Of a stretch of 64,000 bases of DNA, positions 13,901 to 25,395 are shown in pieces. Position numbers and translations under genes: made by a program. How positions within the stretch are numbered: position 1 is the stretch's first letter; every line of letters begins with the position of its first letter. Source of the DNA: Takakia lepidozioides. Taxonomy: Eukaryota; Plantae; Bryophyta. A model generated the notes under the pieces. That model ran no database searches, had not been told where the DNA came from, and was given only the letters and a program-made list of their open reading frames with translations. The DNA is taken from contig CM060732.1 of assembly GCA_030704615.1 (NCBI GenBank), forward strand, positions 78,988,001 through 79,052,000. Direction: 5' to 3'.

Positions 13901-15264
13901 GACCAAACGCACTGATCTAGCTAAGTCAGGCTCTGCATGCAACCGCATTAGAGAGTTGAACATCGTGAGTTCGCGTTGTTTAAATCCAGTCTTTCCTTGA
14001 AGCCAATTACTAGAGCTACCAGGGAGACACCGTGTTCTTGCATCCAAACTCAGTTGAAATGGGGATGAAACATGAAAAACCCAGTTGAAGCAGAGCCTTC
14101 AGATCTGACTGAAGTTAGTGGTAATCCACAGAAAGTGTTTTTACCTGAGCAAGTCGTTGGAGAAGGACACCAGGTAAGTGGGTCCGGGAATCTTGAGCTC
14201 GGTCACCTGTCCACGTGACTGATTGAGAGGCGGCCCCTTTTCCATCCCCGCAGTGATGTCACGTATCAAATTAAGAAACTTGGAAAGGGACCCCGAGTTT
14301 ACATACAGTACTTGTTCTTCTTCCAAGTTGTGATCTTGTCGAGTAATTACTGTACAAGCCTTTCCTGGCCAATACAGAGTGACTCCATCTTCAGAAACAG
14401 TGATGATGGTTCAGTAAGAATTGGATGGAAAAACAAACCAGAACAGTCTTTTGGGCCCGGTGATGGCACAGAGATTTCCGGACAGGCGAGGAAATTTGTG
14501 GGAAATTTCAGTGAAAAATGCGAAGCCCTACGTTCTGGTCGTATCGATACGTTTTGTCCCTGAGCATGTGCCGTTTGCACGAGGTGTGAGCGGGACACGC
14601 GCCATTGCTGCATCCTTTATAAGGAGCAGGCCTTCATCGACCCGGTCTCATCCTGATCTCTGCAGTAGGCAACTTGATTGTCCAGGGAGTACCCAGCTGG
14701 GAGGAGCTGAGGTACAAGCGGTTGGCCGTTGTTGATTGATCTCAGAGGGACGGCTCGGAGTTAAGAGCGAAGTGAGAGGGTGTAGATATCTCTGCGATCA
14801 ATTCGGGCGGCGAGATAACGAGAGACGGAGAGGAGCAGATTCATTGCTAATCCACTTCCATTCGATTGGATCACCAGATCTTGAATAAGATAGTCAGTTG
14901 AGGCTCTAGAGAGAGAAGGCAATTGCAGGGGCTGAGCAGTACACTCGTCGAGAGAGAGGAGCAGAGAGAAACAAATTGAATTGTTTCACGAGATGCAAAT
15001 GGAGAGAAACAGGGTGTTTAAGATTGCTCAGATCTTGTATGCTAGCTAGTAGTTTGACGTTTTTCCTCAGAGATTATGCTCAGATTCTTGTGGGAAACAA
15101 GGTTGGACTAGCTGCTTGGATTTTCACCACCGCACACATACGAAGGCTCGGACAAGAATCGGGCTCTCTGGGTTCTCTCTCTCTCTCAGAAATACACACA
15201 CGAACTCTCAGGGTTTACAGACGTACACGTCAGCCGACAAGAACTTGAACTCTTTTTCCATCGC

Positions 15265-17088
15265 ATGGCCGAAACGGCGTCAGATCTGCGAGAACGATTA
15301 CTTCTTGCCCGCAAGTCCCCTCCAGCCATTAGCTATGGCATCGAGTCAGATTCGAAGTTTCCAATTCAAGAGAGTCCCCTTCAAGCAAAAGTGGAGCTGC
15401 ACGATGGGCTGAAATTTTGGGAGTATATGCTGGCTGGATCCATCGCTGGCATGGTAGAACACATGGCCATGTTCCCCGTCGACACTTTGAAAACGCGTAT
15501 GCAGATGTTGGCTAGCACGGGGGGTTCAATCCACTCAACTGTTGGCCGCGCATTCTTCTCTATAGTGAAGTCAGAGGGGCCTCTGGGATTGTACCGAGGA
15601 ATTGGAGCGATGGGTTTGGGAGCTGGACCCGCCCATGCTGTGTACTTCTCTGTATATGAAGTTTGCAAGGAGAAATTGGGTGGGAATAGAGAAGGGTACC
15701 ATCCATTAGCTCATGGAACTGCAGGAGCGATTGCGACAGTGGCCAGCGATGCAGTTTTCACTCCTATGGATGTTGTAAAGCAAAGATTGCAGCTTAGGCA
15801 CAGTCCATACAGGGGGCTCATGGATTGCATCAATACCATGCTCCGAGATGAAGGGTTGAGGGCGTTTTATGCTTCTTATCGCACAACTGTTATCATGAAC
15901 GTGCCGTTCACAGCAGTTCATTTTGCGGCATACGAGGCAGCAAAGAAGGTAATTGCCCGCAATCAAAGACCCTGCACGGTACCTCAAGACAAATTTTGAA
16001 TTTCTTAGGTCCCCAGTTCATATTAGCTTTGCATTCCTTGGTTCCAGCTTCAGTCTGTTTGTTTCCTCCAGTGCGACTGACATTTCTCTGTGGCTGTATG
16101 TCAGGTGCTGATGGAAGTATCGCCCAATGAACTGAATGAGGAGCATTTGCTTTTGCATGTCACGGCCGGTGGTGCTGCTGGGGCGCTGGCCAGTGCCGTC
16201 ACCACACCTCTGGATGTCGTCAAGACCCGCCTTCAGTGCCAGGTAGCTTTCTCTGCCCTGGCAGCTTGTGTAATTGACAGGATCTCAGAAAGGCGCCCGG
16301 GGGAGGGGTGTCCAGTGTTATCTAACTCAAGCGTCGGAGCTTAGTGTTGCCTTCCTCCTGCGGAAATTAATAGAGGTAACTGAGAAAGATCATCAATTGA
16401 ACGGCGTGCCGTTACCCAATTGCAAGCTTAAGCACCCTCCTTCGGGACATCGTTTCCAAGTTGCACAGCTCAAGGGTCTGGGGCCATGAGAGGCTCTAGA
16501 AGAACTGCTCGAGGACACTTGTAAATGCATCGAAGCAGGCAATGAAGTGTTCTTATGCCAGACCGACGGTTGTTCTCATTCAAGTCTGTATATGCGGAGT
16601 TTGGAGCAGCCATTCCACTCCATGACAGTTGTAAGGTGCTCGGATTGACCCCAATATCAGAAATCATATCAATGTGGACTTAGTTTCCAGACGAGGCTCT
16701 GCCTGGCCAAATAGTGAATGTGTGTTAATGTACCTCAAAGACGTTAGGAATAGAAAAGGAGGTGCACACAGACCATGTTCATTATACAGAAATTTAGTTC
16801 TCAATGAGATTCGTGTCTCTTTCAGTGCGCAAGAAGTTACAATATTGAAGAGAGCTAATGAGTTTGCACGGTGTTTGTCTGAAGGGGGTATGTGGAGCAG
16901 AGCGATTCCATAGTGGGTCAGTGTTGAACGCTGTGCGCAAGATAGTAGCCCAAGAAGGGCCAAGTGCATTAATGCGCGGCCTTCGTCCGCGAATTCTCTT
17001 TCACACACCAGCAGCCGCTATCTGCTGGTCCACCTACGAAGCAGGCAAATCGTTTCTATCAAATTACAACGAAAGGCAAGGCAGCTGA
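15265..17088 (+). CDS. Mitoferrin-like mitochondrial carrier (SLC25/MRS3-4 type); exons 15265-15948, 16105-16242, 16885-17088; about 341 aa
   Basis: Three carrier signatures (PVDTLKTRMQ, PMDVVKQRLQ, PLDVVKTRLQ) plus GAGPAHAVYF and MNVPFTAVHF. The GT-AG introns keep the frame. Confidence 0.93.
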
Positions 17089-19273
17089 AGAACTTCGCCA
17101 TCTCACTTCCATCCAGCAAATTGTTCTCCTCAAACAATGGAATTCAGTTCGAACTTTCAACCAGCTAAGTCAGCCTGGAAAGTTGACTTGTCTGACATGA
17201 CAGACCTGGACCGCCTCCCTGCCTTAGCTGGACTCTGTGTTTTAGACGTGAATGAGTGAAGGAGGAGGGAGCTTAGACTACTCAGACATCAGGATCCACA
17301 GACAGAACAGAGGATCAAGCTCAATCCATCCTTCCCTCTTGTAGATTGTACTTTGCTGTTTTTAGGTGCCCAAGTCAGCCTTTCAAAACACCTGGCCACT
17401 ACCTATACAGAATAAAGCAGGGAGTTTTGTTCCTGCATTACCCAACAATCTGAGAGCAGATTGAAAAGAGGTGTCTTGGCTCCATAGCCTGGCTGTAAAC
17501 TAGTGAGCACTGCGTACAGACTCCAGAAGGCCTGTGAGCCTTCAAAGATGATGATGATGATAATCTCGACCCATTATTTTGTGTGACCCATTTTGTGTTT
17601 CACTGGCACATATGTGGTCGAGTTGACCCCTCGAAGTCTTAAGGGGGATATATTTTCGCTGAAGAAAACAGAGAGACTGCATATTGTTTGAAGTAAACAG
17701 ACTTGTTTGATGCACCACGGAACAGAATCCAAAGTGATCTTTGTGAGTCTTCAAAGTTGAAAAAAATGTACCATAGTTTTGGAGGAATACAAATGTTTTT
17801 CTTCCTCAGAATTAGGGTAGGCTTATCGTGCCTGGTTTTGCTGCCATCTTCTCTCTCTGTTTCTGTGAAGTTCCATTCGTCAAACCATGAATTCTGTTAG
17901 GCTAGTGAACCCTAAATTGCATGGCAGTAGTACGATCTCTCCAGGATGCTAAACAATATGGCTAATCTGATAGAAACTATGAGAAGAGGAAGAAATTTGG
18001 GGTGGGGAGAGTGAGGAGAGAAACACACAAAGAGAGATCATCAGATAGTGAGAGTCTCTAGTATGGCGCAGCAGCGAACATTCAACTATTTCTATATGGA
18101 TTTAAGACTTGTGATTAGTGGTAGCTCTATGAATGGCATCCACCTCTAGCACCACAGCCTTCGCTTTCTTGTCTTCTCTTATAATCCGTCCTGTCAGGTA
18201 CGAAGTTTCTATTCCTTTCTTTGAATCTCTTTTTAGGAGCCGTGACGGTTACTTGGCGAAGCAAGCGTAACCTACGTTGTCACTTGCTTCCCCCAATGCA
18301 GAGGCTGCCATGGAGCCCGAATGTCTTTATACTACGTAGACGGCGGGATTTGAGGGCGGCCTTTGCTTTAGATAATATCAAAGAGGCAACTAGATAATCT
18401 CTCGCTAGTACGTTTTGAGATCTCAGAATAGAATTTTACACAGGATAAGAACGTGGGTGAGGTTGCGAGTGATGCCCTGCTTGCTCGTGGGTTGCGGGGT
18501 TCTGGCCACCAAGGCATGTCCTTGGAGCGTGGCCTAATTTAGCTATTGAGATATCCCTCTGCACGAATTCCAAGGAAGAGGAGGATGATTTGGGGCAAAG
18601 TTGAATATGTAGGAGTCGAGTCCAAGATTTGAGGCAAGAAAACTGCAAACTAGTGACTGTTATTTGCCGAAAGTAGATAAGAATCAGGTAGAGTCAAGCT
18701 TGATGCACTAGAGGCCAAGAAGCAAACTGTGTGTGGCTCAGGTCAGACCTTCTGTGAATGATACCCGCCTTCTTACCGGCTCCCTTCGCAGATTTTCCAC
18801 GTACTGCCTTGCACCCCGCTCTGTGTGTGCACACCTCCCAGAATTTTAAGTCCGATATCGTTTCACACCGTGTCGCTAGTGTCATCAACGGTTACCGCGT
18901 ATTACCCATGTAGATGGAACCCAGGCCCCGTTCTAATCAATTCTTGCTCGAGTACAATCTCATCATTTCTCGAGACGACAATTTGAAGAGACAATAACCT
19001 ACTGGTCATCTTCAGATCCGCGATCAAGCATCCATCCACCATGTAATCCAGCCTTTTTGCATCGATGTGAATCCTGTTGCGTCCATCATGGTCTTGGAAG
19101 GGGAGGAAAGAAGGGAAGCCACGTTCTTGTTGCAGGAGATCCAACATTGCAGTTTTCACTTCGTTTTCAGAATCTTGATGGTGTTTCGTTTGATTTTTTT
19201 CAGGAGCATATTCAAGGAGAAGAAGGGAGGAGCCATAACACAAGTGGCAGAGGAGAATTCAAGGAGTTGCAGA

Positions 19274-19298
19274 TTAGGGTTTAGGGTTTAGGGTTTAG
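19274..19298 (+). promoter_or_regulatory. Telo-box cluster (TTAGGGT)3 just upstream of the RRP17-like start codon
   Basis: ttagggtttagggtttagggtttag ends about 25 nt before ATG 19324. Telo-boxes are an established feature of plant ribosome-biogenesis gene promoters. Confidence 0.6.
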
Positions 19299-19323
19299 CA
19301 CAGAGCTCACTTTGGGTGAAGCG

Positions 19324-21219
19324 ATGGAGGAAGAAGGGGACGAGGTGCGAGGAGCGCACCATATAGCCAAGCGCGCTCGCAAGAACAAGGGATCCGTTGC
19401 TGTCTTCGATGATGCTGCTCGCACGTACAAATATACATTCCCTCCGTCGTCTTTGTCGATGTCTTGTTTCTATGTTAAGCGACTAGCACAATTCTGCCGT
19501 ATTTCTACGTTTTCTTTGCTTGGTCGACCCGGAAACCATTATATGGTGTGTGAAGGCAGTGAATATCTTGAGGCTTTTCAGCGCAGTCTATGCTTAAGAC
19601 AGCTAAGTGACATCAGATGCTAGTACTGGGGACTATTCCAGGTTCTGGAGCTGACACTGCCTACTTGTAAACGGACAGAGAATATCTGACTGGGTTTCGG
19701 AAAAGGAAGAATAAGAGGCGCAAGATTGCAGAGGCACAAAACCAAGTCAAAGAGAGGCAAAAGCGTCTTCTGGATCGCAAAGAGGTGCTCTCACAACTTT
19801 TCTCTTATACTGAAACGAAAGAACCTTTGAACACAAACACATGCAGAGAGGAAAGAGGGATTGCAATTGCCCGTTGTGTGTCCAACCTGAAGACAATTTT
19901 CTTTTTCTTATTCATTGTCCTGGGTACTCTCAACAGAGAGACGCCCTCTTCAAATCCATGAAGTTGATTGTGCCTGAACCTCTGTTTACCAACTTTAAAA
20001 GTCTCAAGGCTGAGCCAAAAGCCCAGGCCATTTTGGGGCCTAGTTATTGGGTAAACCACACACAGCACATTGATGCTTGTGTGGAGGGATTTCTAGAGGA
20101 TATCTGGAAAACTTGGATAGATAGTCTGTTCCAAGGTAAGTCATACTGCCAGTGTCAGCCCCTGACGAAGGTCGTTTCTGTCCCTTTGTGTTCTGCTCCA
20201 ACCGAGGGCGGGGACGATGGCCAGAAGGCTACAGCAAAGAAAGTCTTAGGGGCACATTCTTGTACTGAAACGAGGTCATAAAATGGCCTCTCTTATTTCT
20301 TGGAGAAAGTTGCTCTTTTGAGCAGATGAATCACCTGTTTAAGTCTTTGCAGCACCAATAAGGGTGTCTTTGTGCCTGAACCTAGCCACACTTGTGAGCA
20401 GGCTAAATGGCTTGCTAATCTGCTTCCTAATTTCCCAGTACAAGTCTACAAGAGGGGAGGCAAAACATTCAACCGGTTGAGAGTTCTTACAATGTTCCTT
20501 GCAAATGTCTATAGAGACGAATGGCATTGAACGCTGCTCGAGGGGAGCAGTTGGAAGGTGAGACTGAAGAAGAAGCAATGCCAGAGACAGAAGAAACTGA
20601 GACCAAGGATGATGATAGCTTAAGGATTTCTGGTGAGTTCCTCTATGTATGCAGAAGTCATTAAGCAGTATGACTGATTTCTCTCTAATGAATTTCTTCT
20701 TTCTTCCTGTTTACTACATACCCATTATGGGCTTTTGTTTGCCTGTTGCTTCTCTCCACACTTTGCTGGTACTAGTATTCCTCATTGTACAAGTACTCTG
20801 CAGGTGTATCTGTTCTACTCCCAGGGAGCCTACTTTTGAGCTTGTCCCTATGTTGTGTTTCTTGTCATATTAATACGAGGGGTTCTGTAGATTCAGTTGC
20901 TGGTTTGATGATGGAGGGATGAATTGGTGTCTGGGTGGCAGAGACAACAACGTATGATGACGGCAATAATACCATAGTTGTGACAACACGCAGCTTGGAG
21001 CCTGACAAAGAACCAGATGGTGTACAACACAGCCGGCACCGAGGGACATCTTTAGGAAAGCGGAATGCTACACCTTTGGGCAGCACGCAGCCCAAAAAAA
21101 CCAAATCTGTGAACAAGAAACAAAAAGTGGTTTCACAGAAAAGAACTAAGAAGCTTACAAGGCGAGAAAGATCAGTGCCGAAAAATCAGAGATCCAAAAA
21201 GGGTGGAAGAAGGAAGTAA
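19324..21219 (+). CDS. RRP17: Ribosomal RNA-processing protein 17 / nucleolar protein 12 (Nop25) family; exons 19324-19424, 19679-19784, 20515-20632, 20942-21219
   Basis: Spliced product contains VFDDAARTEYLTGFRKRKNKRRKIA...RQKRLLDRKE, an acidic middle, TTTYDDGNNTIVVTT and a K/R-rich tail. All intron phases are compatible. Confidence 0.85.
19819..20257 (+). mobile_element. 5'-truncated LINE 3' end in RRP17 intron 2
   Basis: Encodes CNCPLCVQPEDNFLFLIHCPGY, a LINE C-terminal zinc-finger-like segment. Flanked by a 16-bp near-perfect target-site duplication, tctt(a/g)tactgaaacga, at 19803-19818 and 20258-20273. Confidence 0.75.
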
Positions 21220-22351
21220 GGTGTTGTTTGCAAGCCATTTTGTCCTAGGGGAGCAAGCTGTTGAGTTGCTTCTTACTGAGGCTCTTGAGTTCAATTGTCT
21301 GCTGAAATCCATCGCATGAAATGGCTATGCTTCCATTGAGTGCAAACAGTTTTACACACAGCAAAACAGAAGCACCACTGTGGGTTTTCTTGATGTGTTT
21401 GGTCAAGTGATTCGTTTGAACATTCCAGCTCAGTATCAACAGAAGGCAAGCCATATGTAGCACATGAAAGTGCACACTTGTGTCTGATAGGGTTATGGCA
21501 ACAAGTTGCTGACAAGTTCATAATTGCATTATGTGAAAAGATGGAAGTCCTACACCCACCACTATACAATGCTTCTGAGACTAAATCTTAGCAAGTTTGA
21601 TCAACAGACTTGCTCACATGGTGGGCCTTCTAGTTTCGTGCACAAGATCCATTGAAGGTTGAATGGGAGGTGGTGGATCTGGTAGCCTTCGCCCCTTTGC
21701 AATCATGCAGTTCTGCACCTGCCAGCCAACAGCAACAGGTGCATTAAGCCCCAAAACTGGGATTAGTCAATCTCCACTGCAGTACATGTACTTCACATCA
21801 AGATGGTCCCTATCAGAGACAGTGTGTGACACCCTACCTGCCCTGCAAGAGCAAGGTTTGACTCAAAATCATTGGCAGAGTCCTCCACATTCACTATCAG
21901 TTTCTTCATCTCCAACACTGTAACCTGTCAAAGCCCACGGGTTACCTTCAGTTAATATGGAAATCCTGCATGTCATCTTTACTCATATGTTGTTGTGGAA
22001 AGCGGATGGATTCAAGGGATCTGTCCGAGCAGTAAGATGAATCAGATGTGAGCTTTAAACAAGCACTCTATGCACTGTAATACACAAGATTCAACTCTGC
22101 GGCTGCATGGGTTTCATGAGCACAGTCATTACAGTACATCAAGTAAAAACTTCCACTCACGCACCAGCACAAGCTGAGTTGGAGACAGCCCTTTCCTTGC
22201 ACGTGCACATAAACCAGAGCTGCAACCATCAGGGGAAAGCCCAGCCAACAAAGAGTGTGTCAGCAACTTAGGCCTCAATTCCTTTGTTTCCTTTGGAATT
22301 AGCCAAAGACCTAGAAAATTTATAACCCAGAAATGGAATGAGAAATAAATG

Positions 22352-23890
22352 CTAGGAAGGACAAGATGAATGGGCTACAAACCAGACATGAAAGTGAGCC
22401 CTTGGGGGGTAACAAACGACACAGTTCTCTGCAGACAGGCTTGTGGGTGTACAAGTCGAGAATCCTCTCCGCCACGGACTCAGACACCTTGACCGGCCCT
22501 GAGAAGCTGAGTCACCCATAGCACTAATCCATCCATCCCTAGATGTTACCCTCGAGGAGCTGCTCCATTCTTCCCGTACTATCCTCCCTGTTAACTTGTA
22601 CCATTCTATCCTCAACATGCGCTCAAGCAGGCTCATCTTCATCTCTTCCTGCTGCATGTGCCCCATCCTTCTCCTCTCATTTATTTCACTTTGCATGCGC
22701 TCGAGCATCCTCCTTTCATCTTCTATCTTCCATGTGTGCTCATGGATCCCCCTCCTTCCATCTTCAGCTTGCATTCGCTGAAGTATCCTTCCCCTTGCAT
22801 GGTCTTCCTTTCGCAAGTACACAGCCATTCTCCTCCTCGCTTCTTCTTCCTTGGGAGTGCACTTGCACATCCTCCTCCTCCTGTCTTCTTCCTTCTGCCT
22901 GCCTTCAGACATCCTTCTCCCTCTCCCTTTCTTCTTCAAGGAGGTTTGATATGCAGTTTGGCAAGCAGCTTCATCTGAGAAGTGATCGACCATGGATGCT
23001 TGGACAGCACTCGAATCATACAAAATCTGTTTTGGTCGCACTGAGGGAGCAAAGTAATGGCCAGCCACTTCGATAGCAGAGCGACCTGGTGCATGGCGAG
23101 CACCTTCATCTGGAAAGTGATCAACCATGGAAGCTGCGCTAGCACTCAGATAATAGAAATCCTGTCTTGTTGGCATGGAGGGACTAAAGTAATGGTTGGC
23201 TTTGGCTTGCTTGTCCCACTTCACCAACTGCTCACCACTTACAAGCATCCTCTTCTCACTCTCTTCATTCTGGATAGCACGATATGTTAGTGTGTGGCCG
23301 GCATCTTCACCTTGCAGGTGATCGACCGGGTGGCCGGCCTTGATTTCCTCATCCCACTTCACAACCTTTGCCTCTATAGGCTCTTCTCTGTATGGCACTC
23401 CTGCAGCCTGGCTTGAACCCTCACCATGGGGGATGAAAGTTGTGGACAGAAGCACTACAGGTTGCTTTCGCCTCACGCATGACCTGTATAAAGCAGCCCT
23501 TGTCAACAAGCACTTCCATCCTTTCTGTAGCCATACACAGTGTCGGCACAGAAACCCTTTAAAGCATGACTGAATTTTGGTTGCTGCAGCATGAAGCTTT
23601 CTCTGCAACTTGAAATGACCCCACACCCCCAATTCTGTTAGAGAGCTGCTGATAACAAGACACAATGTGCAAAAAAACTCAACTGATTTTATGCATCTCC
23701 TACTCAGTGTGCCATAAGTTTTAGGCTTTGTAGTAGGCAACTGAATGTTTGCGACTGTATTGTGTCGAAATGAGAGGATGTACGCACTTGCGTCGTGTAA
23801 GCCTTGTTGCCACAAACTTCTCACCTCATTTGGAGGGAGCCTAAAGGGGGAGAGCACAGACGTGGATGAGAGGAGAGTAGAGTGGTGCAC
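22352..23890 (-). CDS. Uncharacterised 512-aa ORF with an IQ-like motif, internal repeats and an E/R-rich helical segment
   Basis: Long open frame. AATKIQSCFKGFLCR resembles the IQ consensus. Repeated VKWD, HYF(S/A)PS and MVDHF(P/S)DE units. Gene structure unresolved. Confidence 0.4.
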   Translation of the reverse strand: MHHSTLLSSTSVLSPFRLPPNEVRSLWQQGLHDASAYILSFRHNTVANIQLPTTKPKTYGTLSRRCIKSVEFFCTLCLVISSSLTELGVWGHFKLQRKLHAAATKIQSCFKGFLCRHCVWLQKGWKCLLTRAALYRSCVRRKQPVVLLSTTFIPHGEGSSQAAGVPYREEPIEAKVVKWDEEIKAGHPVDHLQGEDAGHTLTYRAIQNEESEKRMLVSGEQLVKWDKQAKANHYFSPSMPTRQDFYYLSASAASMVDHFPDEGARHAPGRSAIEVAGHYFAPSVRPKQILYDSSAVQASMVDHFSDEAACQTAYQTSLKKKGRGRRMSEGRQKEEDRRRRMCKCTPKEEEARRRMAVYLRKEDHARGRILQRMQAEDGRRGIHEHTWKIEDERRMLERMQSEINERRRMGHMQQEEMKMSLLERMLRIEWYKLTGRIVREEWSSSSRVTSRDGWISAMGDSASQGRSRCLSPWRRGFSTCTPTSLSAENCVVCYPPRAHFHVWFVAHSSCPS

Positions 23891-24033
23891 TTACCTTTGA
23901 CTTTTCCATTGATGGAACTGCCTACGTACATGATATTTATTCTGGCCTTCAGCATTTCAAGCCTCTAATATGCCATGCACGATGTCCTCAATTTGATGCA
24001 AGAAGACAGCACAAACATGCATGGCTTGGTGCC

Positions 24034-25395
24034 TCAAAGCTCTGGAGAAATACTCTTATCAAATCTTAGAAAACAATATCCAACTTTTCCCAACTCAACG
24101 ATTACCTTGAACTTATCCAGAACAGCTTGGAAGAATTGTCTCCACTTCGGACCTGTCCTCCTTCCCTTTGCTACTGTCCCCACCCTACCCGAAGCCAACA
24201 TATTGGAAGCTGCAGCAGTTGTGGGCCTCTCACTGGACTCATTAGGTCCTTCAATCCCCCATTGTCTATCCTCACCCTCATCCCTTCCTGCTTCCAAACC
24301 ACCTTTCTCTGTGCTCCAATGTGACCCATCTACCGATGTTTCTCCACCTGAAGGAATCCAGTCGGAGACATTGCTTATAATTCCTGAATCCTTCTTAGTT
24401 TGGTCTGTTCCATCCACTGCCTTATCTCTGCTGCTGTCCCCACCTGAACTTGTTTGAGTTTTATCTGACCCAGCACCATCATTCTTTATGCTAGTATCCT
24501 CATCCCAACTTGTCTGAGTTTGAGCTGATACACCAACTACTTTCTCTCTATTACTGTTTCCCGCTGAACTTGTATCAGTTTGATCTGATCCAACAGCCAC
24601 CTCTTCACTTCCATCCTTCGAACTGTATACAACCCCTACCTTCTCTGCAATACTGTGCGTCAAACTGCACAATCCTATCTGAACCTCAGTCTCTTGGCTT
24701 TCCCCCCAACAGTTTCCTTCAATTTCATGGCCCACAGCACCATCCTCTCCAACGCAGCACTTATTCCATACTTTCACTTCATTTTGTGGCCTCCGCCCAC
24801 CTTCCTCTGACGTTTTGTTCTGATCTGATGTATCTGTCACCTTCTCTGCACCACCAGCATTTACCTCATCTCCAATCCCATGGGTGAATCCAGAGACACC
24901 TTCTCTTTGCACAGGGTTCTTTTGGCTCATGCCAATAATGTCTCCAATCTGGGGTTGCCCAGTGAGTACATCTTCAACTCCACCTTTGTCCCTCCCCTCA
25001 TTTGTACTGCACCAGTCTTGCACCTCCCTTGATGTCAAAGAAGTTTCTTTATCGTATGAGGGCAGCTCCTCGATCACCACTGCACTGCGAGGTGCTATCC
25101 AATCATCTTCCTCTCCTACAATATTGGTCTGGGAACCCCAATTAGCTTCCTCGCTCTCACTAGGCCATTCTTCTTCTTTTTTCTGGCCCCAACCGGAATC
25201 CTCTCGAAGCCACTCATCATTTAGATGATCCCATTCAGCTTGGTCTCTTCTCGCTCCTTTCCACTGTCCCTGGTGTTTGCTCGCAGTCTGCACAGTCAGA
25301 CTCTTAAACTGTTTGCCTGTCCCTACTTCTGTCAAGGACTGTTCAAACAGCGAAAATCTGAAAATCTTGAACTGTTTCTGCACGAGGCTCTCCAA
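24034..25395 (-). CDS. Uncharacterised low-complexity 453-aa ORF, possibly part of the same decayed locus
   Basis: Long open frame rich in G/S/E/D, with GSD(Q/K)T(D/Q)TSS repeats. An in-frame TGA lies upstream. Confidence 0.35.
   Translation of the reverse strand: MESLVQKQFKIFRFSLFEQSLTEVGTGKQFKSLTVQTASKHQGQWKGARRDQAEWDHLNDEWLREDSGWGQKKEEEWPSESEEANWGSQTNIVGEEDDWIAPRSAVVIEELPSYDKETSLTSREVQDWCSTNEGRDKGGVEDVLTGQPQIGDIIGMSQKNPVQREGVSGFTHGIGDEVNAGGAEKVTDTSDQNKTSEEGGRRPQNEVKVWNKCCVGEDGAVGHEIEGNCWGESQETEVQIGLCSLTHSIAEKVGVVYSSKDGSEEVAVGSDQTDTSSAGNSNREKVVGVSAQTQTSWDEDTSIKNDGAGSDKTQTSSGGDSSRDKAVDGTDQTKKDSGIISNVSDWIPSGGETSVDGSHWSTEKGGLEAGRDEGEDRQWGIEGPNESSERPTTAAASNMLASGRVGTVAKGRRTGPKWRQFFQAVLDKFKVIVELGKVGYCFLRFDKSISPEL

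Noticed and set aside
12351-14735. Short ORFs upstream of the mitochondrial carrier, including the 187-aa frame
   Set aside because: No recognisable motifs or consistent exon structure. Likely intergenic or UTR sequence.
19274-19298. Telomere or chromosome-fusion scar
   Set aside because: Only about three units, positioned at a ribosome-biogenesis gene start. A telo-box explains it better.
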